Positions 9,683 through 20,548 of a stretch of DNA of 64,000 bases are shown piece by piece. The stretch is from a virus, in IMG/VR virus record IMGVR_UViG_3300017917_002350, positions 6,723 to 70,722 of that record; one strand, 5' to 3'. A model generated the notes under the pieces. That model was not told the origin of the DNA and made no database searches. It worked only from the letters and a program-made list of their open reading frames with translations. The position numbers and the translations under genes are program-made. The stretch's first letter is position 1, and every line of letters begins with the position of its first letter.

Positions 9683-10419
9683 ATTTTTCCTAAAACTGCT
9701 AAAATCTTTAAGTCGTAATCAATCGCGGTATCTATTATATTGACGTTGTGCTTATTTAATAGTGCATGAAGTGACCGTTCTCTAAAGAAATTGATATGTT
9801 CGCCTATTACCATGTTTTCTGCGGGAGGTTCGCGGTATGCAGGAACCTCTATATATAAGTATTTTTTGGTTTTTTCTTTCAGCGCAACCACTAATTTATT
9901 AATATCAGACACATGTTCTAATACTTGACAGTTCATAACTAAATCAAATCGCTCATTACAATCTAATGAGTATTTGAGCACTCCTGCCATAGGCTCTACA
10001 CCACTAACATCATATACAAATTTAACTGGTACATCGGGAATATAGGCGCCATTGTCACCGCCATAATCCAACACTGAGTATAAATCAGAAATATGTTTGT
10101 ATACCAATGAATCAATGAATTCTTTTCTGCGATTTATGTAATCCAGCGAATATAATTGCTCTTTGTAAGTGGGTTCACATTGTTGACGCATTTGATTATA
10201 TGTTTTATTGCGATATCCTTGATATAAATTTTGCATTTCATTATCGTCAAACCGTTGCAACGAAAAATAAAAATCACAAAAATCACAGCGGCATAACGTA
10301 GAATCAATATTACTTCCAGGATTGCTACCAGTGACACGCCAAATTACAAATTGAGATAATTGTGCAGGAAGCTGAACTGGAATACAATTACAACATGGGC
10401 AGTTTACTTGGTGGTACAT
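9679..10419 (-). CDS. class I SAM methyltransferase with N-terminal Cys motifs
   Basis: CPCC..CDFC; VLDYGGDNG; CQVLEHV; YIEVP; EHINFF. Confidence 0.75.
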   Translation of the reverse strand: MYHQVNCPCCNCIPVQLPAQLSQFVIWRVTGSNPGSNIDSTLCRCDFCDFYFSLQRFDDNEMQNLYQGYRNKTYNQMRQQCEPTYKEQLYSLDYINRRKEFIDSLVYKHISDLYSVLDYGGDNGAYIPDVPVKFVYDVSGVEPMAGVLKYSLDCNERFDLVMNCQVLEHVSDINKLVVALKEKTKKYLYIEVPAYREPPAENMVIGEHINFFRERSLHALLNKHNVNIIDTAIDYDLKILAVLGKI

Positions 10420-11168
10420 TACTGGGGCAAGACTCCGCAATCAACATTAATATTTTGTCCTGTTATAGCACTGGCTGCACTACTTGCCAAGTAAACACAT
10501 AGGTCGGCTACTTCTTTACCTGTTGGCAATCTACCTAGTGCTGATTGAGTTTTGGCAAAATCCTGCATCCATGTTATTGCATTATCGCCGCCGGGGGCAT
10601 ATTCACTTTCCAATGCAGTCATCAATCCAGGGGTTGGAATCAGCACAGGACATATACCGTTGACTCTAATACCTTTTGTACCAAGTTCTTTAGCCAAGGC
10701 CTGAGTCATACCATTCATTCCAAATTTGGTAGCTACATAAGCAGAGTTATTAGCTGTACCTCGTTTACCTGCTAAACTAGAAATATTGATGATACTGCCA
10801 CCGTGTTGTAAGGCTGTTGCAGCAGCCTTTGCGCCCCAAAAAGCACCTTTGAGATTAGTAGCCAAGATATCATCCAAGAAATCATCATCGATGGCGTCAA
10901 TTGGGCGCCACTCGGAATATCCGGCATTGTTGATATACGCATCAAGTCGACCAGTTCTGAGTATGGCATGATTCACAATCATTTGATGATCGGTGGCCCG
11001 ACGCACATCCATTGGAACATGATATATGTTCAACATAGACATTTCCATGTCTGATCTAGATCCCACGAACACCGTGTAGTTTTCTTGAGCAAAACGTAAT
11101 GCTATCTCAAACCCAATACCTCTATTGCCTCCGGTTACAATAACCGTTTTCTTTATATTGTTTGGCAT
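10419..11168 (-). CDS. short-chain dehydrogenase/reductase
   Basis: TGGNRGIG, NNAG, YVATK. Confidence 0.9.
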   Translation of the reverse strand: MPNNIKKTVIVTGGNRGIGFEIALRFAQENYTVFVGSRSDMEMSMLNIYHVPMDVRRATDHQMIVNHAILRTGRLDAYINNAGYSEWRPIDAIDDDFLDDILATNLKGAFWGAKAAATALQHGGSIINISSLAGKRGTANNSAYVATKFGMNGMTQALAKELGTKGIRVNGICPVLIPTPGLMTALESEYAPGGDNAITWMQDFAKTQSALGRLPTGKEVADLCVYLASSAASAITGQNINVDCGVLPQ

Positions 11169-11923
11169 GCAAATCCTCCATCCACAGTCAGTTCAGTGCC
11201 AGTAACAAAACTACTGGCATCACTAGCAAGGTAAACAGCAGCACCAATTAGTTCTTGCGGGTCTCCATAACGACGCATTGGTGTATGGCCAAGGATAGCA
11301 GCTTCTCGCTCGGCAGTTATAAAATTTTTACGATTCCATTCAGTTGGAAAAAAGCCCGGACGAATGGCATTTACCCTTACTCCTTGTGTGCCCCATTCTC
11401 TAGCTAGATTTTGGGTCAAGTTTACAATGCCGGCTTTGGCTACACTGTATGTAAATGCCTTACTTAGCGGCGGACCTGCACTAGCTGAACTGATATTGAT
11501 TATATTGCCAGACCCTTTGTTGATCATGTGCCGCCCAAATACTTGACAACCAAACATGGTTCCTTTGAGTTGGCTGTTCATAATGCTATCCCATTCATGT
11601 TCAGTAATATCAAAAAAAGGAGTAGGGCCATTAATTCCAGCACCGTTGATTAAAACATCTGCTGATCCAAACTTATCAACAACTTGTGATAAAACAGATT
11701 CATGCGATGATTTAATTGCAACATCTATAGCTAAAGCGAGTGTGCAATGGTATCCTTGGTCATTTATAATTTTTTCTATACTTTGCGCTTTATCTAATCT
11801 TAAATCACAAATGGTTACAGATTTTGCACCAGACTGGGCCAAGCCGATTGCCAGGGTACCGCACAAATAGCCACCGGCTCCGGTAATAACAATATTTTTA
11901 TTGGATATATCAAATAGGTTCAT
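11153..11923 (-). CDS. short-chain dehydrogenase/reductase (gluconate/sugar-acid dehydrogenase-like)
   Basis: TGAGGYL, NGAG, YSVAK, RVNAIRPGFF, VDGG. Confidence 0.88.
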   Translation of the reverse strand: MNLFDISNKNIVITGAGGYLCGTLAIGLAQSGAKSVTICDLRLDKAQSIEKIINDQGYHCTLALAIDVAIKSSHESVLSQVVDKFGSADVLINGAGINGPTPFFDITEHEWDSIMNSQLKGTMFGCQVFGRHMINKGSGNIINISSASAGPPLSKAFTYSVAKAGIVNLTQNLAREWGTQGVRVNAIRPGFFPTEWNRKNFITAEREAAILGHTPMRRYGDPQELIGAAVYLASDASSFVTGTELTVDGGFACQTI

Positions 11924-12716
11924 TATAAGTTTTTAAATTGTATTCTAGTCCTAGTAATTGTACAGGTAATTCGCTTAGTTTACGACCATTGCCAGTATAA
12001 CGATTACCGCCTTCAGATTCAATTCTGTAATGTGGTTCCAAGTTATTAAGTTCTACAAATTGTTTAATTACCTGGCTAATTTTGTATTTTTTCAAATATA
12101 CTGCATTTATATCTTTTGTTGAAGTTGTGTTTTCTACAAAATAATGTACAGTGGAACACAAATCCTTGATACCAAAATAATCAAATTCTCTATCGTTGAT
12201 TATGACCAATGGATTTTTCTTGTTAGATAATAAAAATCTTGGGAAAATTCTTGTGGCTATTTCACCGGCACCAAAACAATTAAAAATTCTAATGGTGTGA
12301 AAATTATCAGTATCCCACACAATTCTACTTTTCATATTTTGTCCGAATCCATAACTGTCAGCGGGTAATACATCAAATATCTGCTCTTCGCTAAACTGAT
12401 TGATATCTTGAGTTCTATCAAACTCTGCACCAGAACTGAGATTAATAAACTTTTTAAACATGTGTCTATTATTGTAGAAATTCATAAACAATCCTAAATT
12501 GTTTCTGGTGTCATCTAATAGAACATCATTTTTCATTGTGGTTGCGGCGTTTATAACAACATCAAATTTGCAATGTTGTAACCATGCTTTAACTAAAACA
12601 GGATTCAACAAATCAATTTGTTGTCTGGTAATGCGATCTACTGTGTGTGTTTTTTGTAAATAGTTGGACAAACTAGACCCAATAAAACCATTCGCACCAA
12701 GAACGGCAATTTTCAT
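11910..12716 (-). CDS. NAD-dependent epimerase/dehydratase/reductase
   Basis: LGANGFIG, SSGAEF, SYG..Q..K, RIFNCFG. Confidence 0.8.
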   Translation of the reverse strand: MKIAVLGANGFIGSSLSNYLQKTHTVDRITRQQIDLLNPVLVKAWLQHCKFDVVINAATTMKNDVLLDDTRNNLGLFMNFYNNRHMFKKFINLSSGAEFDRTQDINQFSEEQIFDVLPADSYGFGQNMKSRIVWDTDNFHTIRIFNCFGAGEIATRIFPRFLLSNKKNPLVIINDREFDYFGIKDLCSTVHYFVENTTSTKDINAVYLKKYKISQVIKQFVELNNLEPHYRIESEGGNRYTGNGRKLSELPVQLLGLEYNLKTYNEPI

Positions 12717-12717
12717 A

Positions 12718-13800
12718 TCAGTTAGGAATAGCGTAGAATACAGCTTCGAAGCTGTTGTTGTCGTGTTGTCTTATGTAAAAACTGTAATCGTCGACCAATT
12801 GGTTGACCAACAATGGTAATTCCCACATGTCACCAGGTTTATGATACATGGCCATACTGATTACAGGTCGACAGCGTTTTAATAAATTGGCCGAACCACG
12901 TAATGCATCTGCTTCGCTGCCTTCTATGTCTAATTTAACAAAATCAATCTGTTGTTTAGGAAACAAAGAGTCCAAGGATGATGCTTCTATTTTGATATCG
13001 CCGTGATCAGTAGCTGCACTGCTGGGTCCTACGCCGCTGGCAAATGTAATAGTTTTTGTTTGATCAGACAATGCTAACGGATAGCAAATGGCATTGTCTC
13101 CTGCTGCCAGAGTCAATCTGCCAAAGTTTTTTGGATCAGGTTCAAACAAGTGAGCTGTATTAATTTTTACTGCCGCCATAGCTTCTTGATAACTGTCACC
13201 TGTGTATGCACCGCCATCAACAATGTTGATTGCTCGTTTACCAAAAGATTTTAAACTCAGCTGGTTAAAGTAATGCTGGTCTTTACTACGGTAATCGGCA
13301 TATTCAGGAAGATTGCCTGTACGAAACAACAACACATTGAGTAAACAATCAACGCTTTCTTGATCGGCTAGTATTTGAACAGCTGACTGTATTTTACTCA
13401 AATTGTCGGTAATGTAATTTAATGGAGTGAGCCAGTACCGCCAGCCTAATTGTTTTTCAAATTGAGCATACAGTTCCCATGGCATAAAGATTTTATCAAA
13501 CCCAGCGTTGTGTGCCTCATTTATTATTTTTGTGTACGAAGTCATGTGACTGAACACACCCATCGCCAGCTGGGCATTTTCCCAAGTAACATCCTGCCAG
13601 CCCACTACAGGCAAATCCAGCAACGTGGTTCCTTTGGGATCGGACACAACAAAACCATAGATTTGAAAACCTTCATCGAGTAACACTTGTCCTAGCGCAC
13701 GAGCAAATCCTCCTGCACCAAAAATCCAAACAGGCACACTTTGATCTAAATTGTCAAAGTGACCATACGAAACTGTTTTTGCAAAACTATCAAAATCCAT
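12718..13800 (-). CDS. FkbM-family methyltransferase
   Basis: VDGGAYTGD, FEPD, KLDIEGSE, YH..D.WELP. Confidence 0.85.
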   Translation of the reverse strand: MDFDSFAKTVSYGHFDNLDQSVPVWIFGAGGFARALGQVLLDEGFQIYGFVVSDPKGTTLLDLPVVGWQDVTWENAQLAMGVFSHMTSYTKIINEAHNAGFDKIFMPWELYAQFEKQLGWRYWLTPLNYITDNLSKIQSAVQILADQESVDCLLNVLLFRTGNLPEYADYRSKDQHYFNQLSLKSFGKRAINIVDGGAYTGDSYQEAMAAVKINTAHLFEPDPKNFGRLTLAAGDNAICYPLALSDQTKTITFASGVGPSSAATDHGDIKIEASSLDSLFPKQQIDFVKLDIEGSEADALRGSANLLKRCRPVISMAMYHKPGDMWELPLLVNQLVDDYSFYIRQHDNNSFEAVFYAIPN

Positions 13801-13801
13801 G

Positions 13802-15640
13802 TCAATCCTTTATAATGTTTTGTTCCATTTCTGCATCTGGTAAGAATGGACTCATGTATTCTAGACTAGGCGCCAACAAACTACCATCTTCTAACTTGCG
13901 AGCCGCAAGTTTTGGTGCAAACATTTGCTCAGGATCTACCATGACTTCGATTATAGCAGGTTCAAGATTGTTCAGCAACATCTGCACCATGTCACTGTTC
14001 CATGCATCCATGGTAGAAACTCTACATGACATTATACCTAATGCGACTCCTAATGAAACAAAATTAGGTAAGGATACTCCGTCTTTAGGACTGGTACCAA
14101 ACACATTGTCTGAGAAATATGCTCGCTGTGTTTGTTTGATTGAATGATATCCTTCGTTATTTACAATGATAATTTTCACCGGCAAGTGATATCCCACAAC
14201 AGTTTGCAATTCTTGCAAGTTCATCATGATGCTACCATCGCCGGCAATACAATAAACTGGTTTTCTGGCAGCAATACAGGCACCAATAGCAGCAGGCAAA
14301 TCATAGCCCATGCTGGCATTGCCACTGTTGCTGTAGAATCTTTGTCCTGCTTTGAGTTTACCGGACTGACCACTAATAACACTGGCACTGCCATTACCAC
14401 ACACAACAACAGCATCTGAATTCAATTTGTTAAAAAAATCTTCAAAGAACAAATAGGGATTGAGAGTATCTTGTTTGTGCTGGTATTCGGGCAACACAGG
14501 ATCGTATTTGGCTACACGCTCTCTACACCAATGCAAATAATTCACATGCTCTGGGAGTATTTTCCAATGATCCAGTGATAAAAGTAAAGCTGGAATAAAA
14601 TCTTTGAGATCACAATAAACCTTGTAATCAATATTGAGAGTAGGTTTGTCAAGTTCAGCACGATCAATGTCAACCATGACTTTGTATGCATTCCGCGCAA
14701 AGTTTTTGTAATTGTAACTGATCATTCTAATATTCAATCTACTGCCTAGCACCAACACAAAATCTGCATTCTGTACTGCAAAGTTTCCAGCGCGATCACC
14801 AACCATCCCGGGATGACCGGCATATAACGGATGGTCATTGGTCAAGGTGTCATAGGCATTAAAACTAGTAACCACCGGAATTTGCAGTTTTTCTACCAAT
14901 GAAAGAAATTCTTTATGCATACCAGACAATCTAACTCCGGTTCCAGCGTATATTATAGGTCTTTTTGCTGTTGCTAGTTTGGCAAGAATTTTTCTAATAT
15001 CGCCATGGAGGTTGTTTTTTGGTTCTAAAAGTTCTACTCTGGTATTGTCAGTGATACCAGGATCTTGACCTAACAAACCAGTCGACCCATTCCATCCTTG
15101 AAGAAGCTTTGGATTTATATCTTTTGATTGAATGTCAATAGGAATATCAACCCATACCGGCCCCGGTCTTCCGTTGGTAGCTAAAAATATAGCTTTGTCC
15201 ATTACCTCTTTAATAGAAAAAGGGTCAGTAACAGTTACCGCATATTTTACAATAGGTCTAGCCATACTCACAATATCAACTTCTTGATCTCCAAGTTGTC
15301 GCATGGGTATGTTATAATTGCGCAAGTAAGTTTCATTTTTGACCTGTCCGCTAATTACCAACATACCACAACTGTCTACATAGGCACCAAACACACCATT
15401 GAGTGCATTGATACCACCAGGACCTGTGGTAACATTAAGCACACATAATTGATTATTGATACGATAATAACTTTCGGCCGCAATAGCTGCTGCCTGTTCG
15501 TGATGGAAACACACAGGTGTCATATCAGGATGACGACCAAAAGCATCGTTTAAATGCATGGCACCTCCGCCGGTGACCAAAAAGGTATGGCGGGCGCCTG
15601 CATCCACGCATCTTTGCGCTACATAATCGGCTAATCTCAT
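13802..15640 (-). CDS. ThDP-dependent enzyme, acetolactate synthase-like (YerE-like in this context)
   Basis: HHEQAA, TTGPGG, GRPGPVW, GDGSIMMNLQEL..NN ThDP motif. Confidence 0.88.
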   Translation of the reverse strand: MRLADYVAQRCVDAGARHTFLVTGGGAMHLNDAFGRHPDMTPVCFHHEQAAAIAAESYYRINNQLCVLNVTTGPGGINALNGVFGAYVDSCGMLVISGQVKNETYLRNYNIPMRQLGDQEVDIVSMARPIVKYAVTVTDPFSIKEVMDKAIFLATNGRPGPVWVDIPIDIQSKDINPKLLQGWNGSTGLLGQDPGITDNTRVELLEPKNNLHGDIRKILAKLATAKRPIIYAGTGVRLSGMHKEFLSLVEKLQIPVVTSFNAYDTLTNDHPLYAGHPGMVGDRAGNFAVQNADFVLVLGSRLNIRMISYNYKNFARNAYKVMVDIDRAELDKPTLNIDYKVYCDLKDFIPALLLSLDHWKILPEHVNYLHWCRERVAKYDPVLPEYQHKQDTLNPYLFFEDFFNKLNSDAVVVCGNGSASVISGQSGKLKAGQRFYSNSGNASMGYDLPAAIGACIAARKPVYCIAGDGSIMMNLQELQTVVGYHLPVKIIIVNNEGYHSIKQTQRAYFSDNVFGTSPKDGVSLPNFVSLGVALGIMSCRVSTMDAWNSDMVQMLLNNLEPAIIEVMVDPEQMFAPKLAARKLEDGSLLAPSLEYMSPFLPDAEMEQNIIKD

Positions 15641-16743
15641 AATCCTCGATTTTTTATTAAATTTTTTAGTGAAGCGTTGGTTGCATATGGACCATCAATA
15701 TGATCAATAGTCAGTGGTTCATCAGCACGAATAGCCTGCGTAAGGGTTTCGCCGTTCATTATTTCTCTACAGCTGAGTTGTCCTTTACGCAAAGGAATAG
15801 CAAGATAAAAGTCCTTTTCAAAACTGTCTTTGTGGATACGGTATCCGGGTTCTAGGTCTCGTTTGGCATAAGCACCACGCACCAATTGATCAAGATACTC
15901 TGTTTCTTTTTTACTAATAACGCGACGAGTGTTGCTACGACCGCCGCACATTTCAATGGCCTTATGATAGGCTTTGAACCATGTATCACACTGTTCGGGC
16001 AACGAGCAATACGAACTGACCGGAACTCCATTGTAATCAATGTCGATGTGTCGTTCCCAAGTTCTGGCACCTTTGGCATATGAAATCAACATACTGGAAC
16101 TCCAATTGTGATATTCATGTGTGCTAAGGCCAATCACATTGTCGCGATAGCGATTGCGTAAGTAATCAATTTGGTCCAATTCTAATTCATTATCCTCACT
16201 GGGATACAAACTCACACAATGATTGATAGCCAATGGAATATCTCTATTGGCAAAATAAGCCACAATGTCATCTAGGTCCTTTTCGCTGGCACCACCCGAA
16301 CTGATAATAGTGGGGCGACGAGTACTGGCGATTTTGCTGATCAAAGGCCAATCGTTTACATCGCTACTGGCAATTTTGATAATTGGCATGTCAAATTCAA
16401 CGCATAGATCCACACTCTTTTCGTCAAATGGTGTACTCATAGGAATACAGCTCATGTCACGAATTTTGTTAACCATGACAGCAAAGTCATCTCTGCTGAG
16501 TTTGGTCTGTTCGGTTTTCTTGATATATCTATTGTCTTGATCACCTTTAAACTCCGGATGAATAAACTCATCTACATCTCTAAACTGTAGTTTAATGGCA
16601 GCTTTTACATTGTTGATCCGTGCAACGCTACCATGTTCGTAGATGATTTTGAGACCGCGTTCCACGCTGCCCCAGTGATTGTTTGCTAATTCTAACACAA
16701 AGAGATTTTCAAATATCTCGTTGCCTTTTTTACGATATGACAT
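15637..16743 (-). CDS. NeuB-family PEP-dependent ulosonic acid synthase with SAF domain
   Basis: ELANNHWG, KLQ, STPFD, KIASSD, HCVSLYP, STHE, ERH. Confidence 0.85.
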   Translation of the reverse strand: MSYRKKGNEIFENLFVLELANNHWGSVERGLKIIYEHGSVARINNVKAAIKLQFRDVDEFIHPEFKGDQDNRYIKKTEQTKLSRDDFAVMVNKIRDMSCIPMSTPFDEKSVDLCVEFDMPIIKIASSDVNDWPLISKIASTRRPTIISSGGASEKDLDDIVAYFANRDIPLAINHCVSLYPSEDNELELDQIDYLRNRYRDNVIGLSTHEYHNWSSSMLISYAKGARTWERHIDIDYNGVPVSSYCSLPEQCDTWFKAYHKAIEMCGGRSNTRRVISKKETEYLDQLVRGAYAKRDLEPGYRIHKDSFEKDFYLAIPLRKGQLSCREIMNGETLTQAIRADEPLTIDHIDGPYATNASLKNLIKNRGL

Positions 16744-16752
16744 ACTGTTTCC

Positions 16753-18072
16753 TTAAATGAATAAACTCATAAAGCCATCAACTCGTTCACCAATATAGGC
16801 GATTTGTTCTGGCGTAATAACTGGACTGGTGCCATGGAAGTAGGTGTGCGTCATGGCATGTGTTGCGTTAGGGAAATCGTCCCTGGCCTGTTTTGGATCC
16901 ATTAAATGACTGTAGGCAGGTTGCAGCATGATGTTGCCTGCAAAGTACGGACGAGTCTGAATCAGATTTTCTTCCAGATAATCCACAATGTCTGCGCGAG
17001 CAAACGGAGCATCTTGACGCACAGTCAACGGAAAAGCAAACCACGACGGATCCGATTTGTTTTGAGCTCGTGGCAAGTGAAAAAACTCTTCATACTTGGC
17101 ATAGATGTCAAACAGCAATTGATAATTGCGTCTGCGCAAGGCATGAATCTCCGGCAGCTTCTGCAACTGCTGCATGCCCATAGCACATTGTAATTCAATT
17201 GGTTTTAGATTGTAGCCAATTTCGTCATACACATACTTGTGATCAAATATTTCGCCGGGTAATTCTGGAATCCATTCTTGAAATCTGGTACCGCATGTGC
17301 CACATTTTAACTTGTTTGCATCTGGACCCACACAGTAGCAACCTCTGCCCCATTCTCTGAAACTGCGAAGAATAATTTCTTGATTGCGATCATCAGTGGC
17401 CACAAAGCCACCTTCGCCCATGGTCATGTGATGTGCAGGATAAAAACTGCAACTGGCCATTAGACCAAATGATCCCAGAGGCCGATCGTTGTATGTGCTG
17501 CCAAGGGCATCACAGCAATCCTCTAACAAAATCAATTTGTATCGTTCAACCAAGGACATGACTTGATCCATGTTAGGAGGGTTGCCTAACACATGTGCAA
17601 ATGTTATGACCTTGATATGAGGATCATTTTGCAATTTTTGTTCTGCTTGTTCCAAATTGATGTTCAGTGTATCTAATTCTATATCTACAAAAACCGGTTC
17701 AAATCCCACTTGCAATGTGGGATTGAGTGTAGTAGGGAATCCAGCAATGGGCATCAATACTTTTGTACCCTTGCTAAAATTGTAGCCGCGTTTACTTGTT
17801 AAACTGGCCATCATCAACAAGTTACTGCTACTGCCTGAGTTGGTAACAATACCGCCCTTTTTACCAAACTGTTTTGGGAACTCGCGTTCAAATCTTAAAC
17901 TTTCGTCGCCCATGGCCAGCCAGCCTTTAAGCAGGCTTTCTACTCCGGCTACATATTCGTCGGAATTATAATAGGCACCGGCATAGTTTACAAAGTCTTT
18001 GCCCGCTGTCCATGTTTTATTTGCTTGTTTTTGTTCTACATATTGTCGAACTTGATCTAGTATTTCTTTCAT
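16753..18072 (-). CDS. rfbH: CDP-4-keto-6-deoxyglucose 3-dehydrase E1 (RfbH/DdhC type)
   Basis: NSGSSSNL, EDCCDALG, SFYPAHHMTMGEGG (His at the PLP-Lys position), WGRGCYC..C..C, FDHKY..GYNLK. Confidence 0.88.
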   Translation of the reverse strand: MKEILDQVRQYVEQKQANKTWTAGKDFVNYAGAYYNSDEYVAGVESLLKGWLAMGDESLRFEREFPKQFGKKGGIVTNSGSSSNLLMMASLTSKRGYNFSKGTKVLMPIAGFPTTLNPTLQVGFEPVFVDIELDTLNINLEQAEQKLQNDPHIKVITFAHVLGNPPNMDQVMSLVERYKLILLEDCCDALGSTYNDRPLGSFGLMASCSFYPAHHMTMGEGGFVATDDRNQEIILRSFREWGRGCYCVGPDANKLKCGTCGTRFQEWIPELPGEIFDHKYVYDEIGYNLKPIELQCAMGMQQLQKLPEIHALRRRNYQLLFDIYAKYEEFFHLPRAQNKSDPSWFAFPLTVRQDAPFARADIVDYLEENLIQTRPYFAGNIMLQPAYSHLMDPKQARDDFPNATHAMTHTYFHGTSPVITPEQIAYIGERVDGFMSLFI

Positions 18073-18725
18073 TGAATTATTTGAGATAACATTTGTTGAG
18101 CTAAAGGAATTCTACGTTCATTTGGGATACCGGGCCACTGGATTAAAAAGTCTCCGGGTTGCCATTGTCCGTCATTACCAAAAATATCCCGTTTATAAAC
18201 ATGAGGAACTGATCCTGGATATTGATCGTAATCGTATGAATTGATTAAACGTTGAGGGACTATTTTTAATCCCGACCCCAATCGTTCAATGTTGTCAATC
18301 ATACACTGCTGATCATTCCAAGGATGTTTCATACAGTATTGATCTTGGAGCGTATCTAAATATTTTAACCAATCAATGCAATTTTTTGTATTGTGTGCTA
18401 GATAGCTGTCATTGTTGATATTGAAGCAATCGGTTGCAATTATAAAATCAGAATCGTTGTCAACAATGTCTTCCAATCTAATCGTAAAATTGGTAATCAT
18501 GGTATCACAGCCAACTGCATGTACCCAATCGTACCCAGACTCCAATAATTCAACTACTTTTCTGGTTCTGGCCCAGGCTATATCACCTAGATTGACAAAG
18601 CCATCTGTAACTTCATAGGTATCATATCCCCATTTTTTAGCATACAATTTTTTGTTCCGTTCCCAAGTTAGATCGGCTAACGGTTGATATGCCTCGTTGT
18701 AGGCAGTTACAAGTGCAAATTTCAA
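18069..18725 (-). CDS. GT34 (galactosyltransferase GMA12/MNN10)-like glycosyltransferase
   Basis: NKKLYAKKWGY, DWVHAVGCDTMITN, WNDQ, INSY, WQPGDFLIQWPG. Confidence 0.7.
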   Translation of the reverse strand: MKFALVTAYNEAYQPLADLTWERNKKLYAKKWGYDTYEVTDGFVNLGDIAWARTRKVVELLESGYDWVHAVGCDTMITNFTIRLEDIVDNDSDFIIATDCFNINNDSYLAHNTKNCIDWLKYLDTLQDQYCMKHPWNDQQCMIDNIERLGSGLKIVPQRLINSYDYDQYPGSVPHVYKRDIFGNDGQWQPGDFLIQWPGIPNERRIPLAQQMLSQIIQ

Positions 18726-18749
18726 TTGAATTCCTTGATAGTTGATGTT

Positions 18750-18779
18750 AGTATACTATTTAAGAAATCTTAAAGTCAA
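18750..18779 (-). promoter_or_regulatory. promoter for the minus-strand sugar operon
   Basis: minus strand TTGACT-18 nt-TATACT with an overlapping TAAATA. Confidence 0.5.
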
Positions 18780-18802
18780 ACATTTTTAAAATAAGTATCA
18801 AT

Positions 18803-19660
18803 ATGATGAAAGTTTACGATTGTTTTCCATTTTACAATGAATTAGATTTATTAGAAGTACGACTTGAAGAACTTTATGATCACGTGGATCATTTTGTCCT
18901 GGTAGAAGCATCAACCACATTTACAGACATTCCAAAACCATATTATTTTGAAGAAAATAAATCAAGATACTCTAAATGGCTAGATAAAATTATACATGTC
19001 AAAGTGGACGACATGCCACATAGCAGAGAAGCTTGGGACAATGATATTTGGCAAAGAAACAGTATCAATCGCGGCATTGTAGATGCCGATGACAACGATA
19101 TAATTATCGTGTCGGATCTAGACGAAATACCTAGATCTGAGACAATTGATGCACTACGAGCAGACACTAATAATCAAATATGGGGATTTAGAATGCCCTT
19201 ATTTTATTTTAAATTTAATCACATGCTTACTACAACGGATAGTCGTTATATGATATGGGGAATGGCTTGTAGAAAAAAATTGATGGTTCCTGCCGATGAG
19301 TTTAGATTTCAACGGTTTCAACTAGCTCATTTGCCATACGGGTTTAATCAAAATGGTTTACGGATTATGGAACATGCTGGTTGGCAATTCAGTTACCTTG
19401 GTGACACTGAATTTGCTCGAAATAAAATTCGGAGTTTTGCACATCAAGAAACAAACACACCAAAAACACTAGAAATGATTGATGTAGAACAAAGTGTGAT
19501 CAATGGTTACGGACTAGGACCTAATGCAGTTGAAAAATTTGTAAGTATTGCAGTAGATGAATACCTGCCAAAAACCGTAATAAACAACCTAAATAAATAC
19601 TCAAAATATATAGCACCTAATGCAACACATAATGTAAGAGATTTACTTCCTTTTGGTTAA
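18803..19660 (+). CDS. GT17-family glycosyltransferase
   Basis: YDCFPFYNELDLLEVRL, FVLVEA, SDLDEIP, GWQFSY..KIRSFAHQE. Confidence 0.85.
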   Translation: MMKVYDCFPFYNELDLLEVRLEELYDHVDHFVLVEASTTFTDIPKPYYFEENKSRYSKWLDKIIHVKVDDMPHSREAWDNDIWQRNSINRGIVDADDNDIIIVSDLDEIPRSETIDALRADTNNQIWGFRMPLFYFKFNHMLTTTDSRYMIWGMACRKKLMVPADEFRFQRFQLAHLPYGFNQNGLRIMEHAGWQFSYLGDTEFARNKIRSFAHQETNTPKTLEMIDVEQSVINGYGLGPNAVEKFVSIAVDEYLPKTVINNLNKYSKYIAPNATHNVRDLLPFG

Positions 19661-19665
19661 TTTAT

Positions 19666-20547
19666 ATGAATTTTTATCAGTTAGAAATAACAACCATGAT
19701 TGGTTGTCCTTTGATGTGTACGTATTGTCCACAAGACAATTTGAGAGACGCATACGGCGATGATTTAAAATACATGAGGTTAGAGGACTTCAAAATAATG
19801 ATAGATAAAGTCCCTACTCATGTAAGAATTGATTTCAGCGGACAGGCAGAACCATGGGTCAATCCTGCATGCACAGACATGGTAGAGTATACTTTATCTA
19901 AAGGGCACAGAATAGCAATTTTTACCACTTTATATGATTGGGATGAAGAAACAGTTCATAGAATGGGACAACTTGTTCTCTCATATGCCAATCAAATTGA
20001 CATTTTCAAAGTGCATTTTCCTGATGCTGCCGGTAATATGAAAGGTTGGAAACCTAGCAAAGAATGGGAATATGCATATATTGGTATGAGAACAATTGTA
20101 CAATCTGCAGGTGTTCATTATGAAGCAATGACCATGAGTGACGAAGGTATTCATCCTGCTGTCAGACACTTACCGGGAGCAGCACCTAGTCATCGATGGG
20201 ACATTGCAGCACACGATCGTGCTGGCTTGTTAAAAAAAGAACAAATTCAAGGGCAGGTAATTAAATTAACTCCAAGACACGAAGGGCCGGTTGTTTGCGG
20301 TAAAACCACACTTTATAATCAAGGAGTCCTTTTACCAAATGGAGAAGTTTTGTTGTGTTGTATGGATTACGAGAAAAAACATGTCATGGGCAATCTACTA
20401 ACTGATTCTTACGACGATATCTTAAATGGCCCTGCAATGCAAAAACTGCTAGAATTAAATAGAATGCCACATTTTACTAATAAAACACTTTGTAAAAGTT
20501 GTGTTGATGCAATCCCAGATAAAAGGTATTTACAACAAGCTGCATGA
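19666..20547 (+). CDS. radical SAM protein with SPASM domain
   Basis: CPLMCTYC; C-terminal C..NGEVLLCCMD..GNL..CKSC. Confidence 0.85.
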   Translation: MNFYQLEITTMIGCPLMCTYCPQDNLRDAYGDDLKYMRLEDFKIMIDKVPTHVRIDFSGQAEPWVNPACTDMVEYTLSKGHRIAIFTTLYDWDEETVHRMGQLVLSYANQIDIFKVHFPDAAGNMKGWKPSKEWEYAYIGMRTIVQSAGVHYEAMTMSDEGIHPAVRHLPGAAPSHRWDIAAHDRAGLLKKEQIQGQVIKLTPRHEGPVVCGKTTLYNQGVLLPNGEVLLCCMDYEKKHVMGNLLTDSYDDILNGPAMQKLLELNRMPHFTNKTLCKSCVDAIPDKRYLQQAA

Positions 20548-20548
20548 T

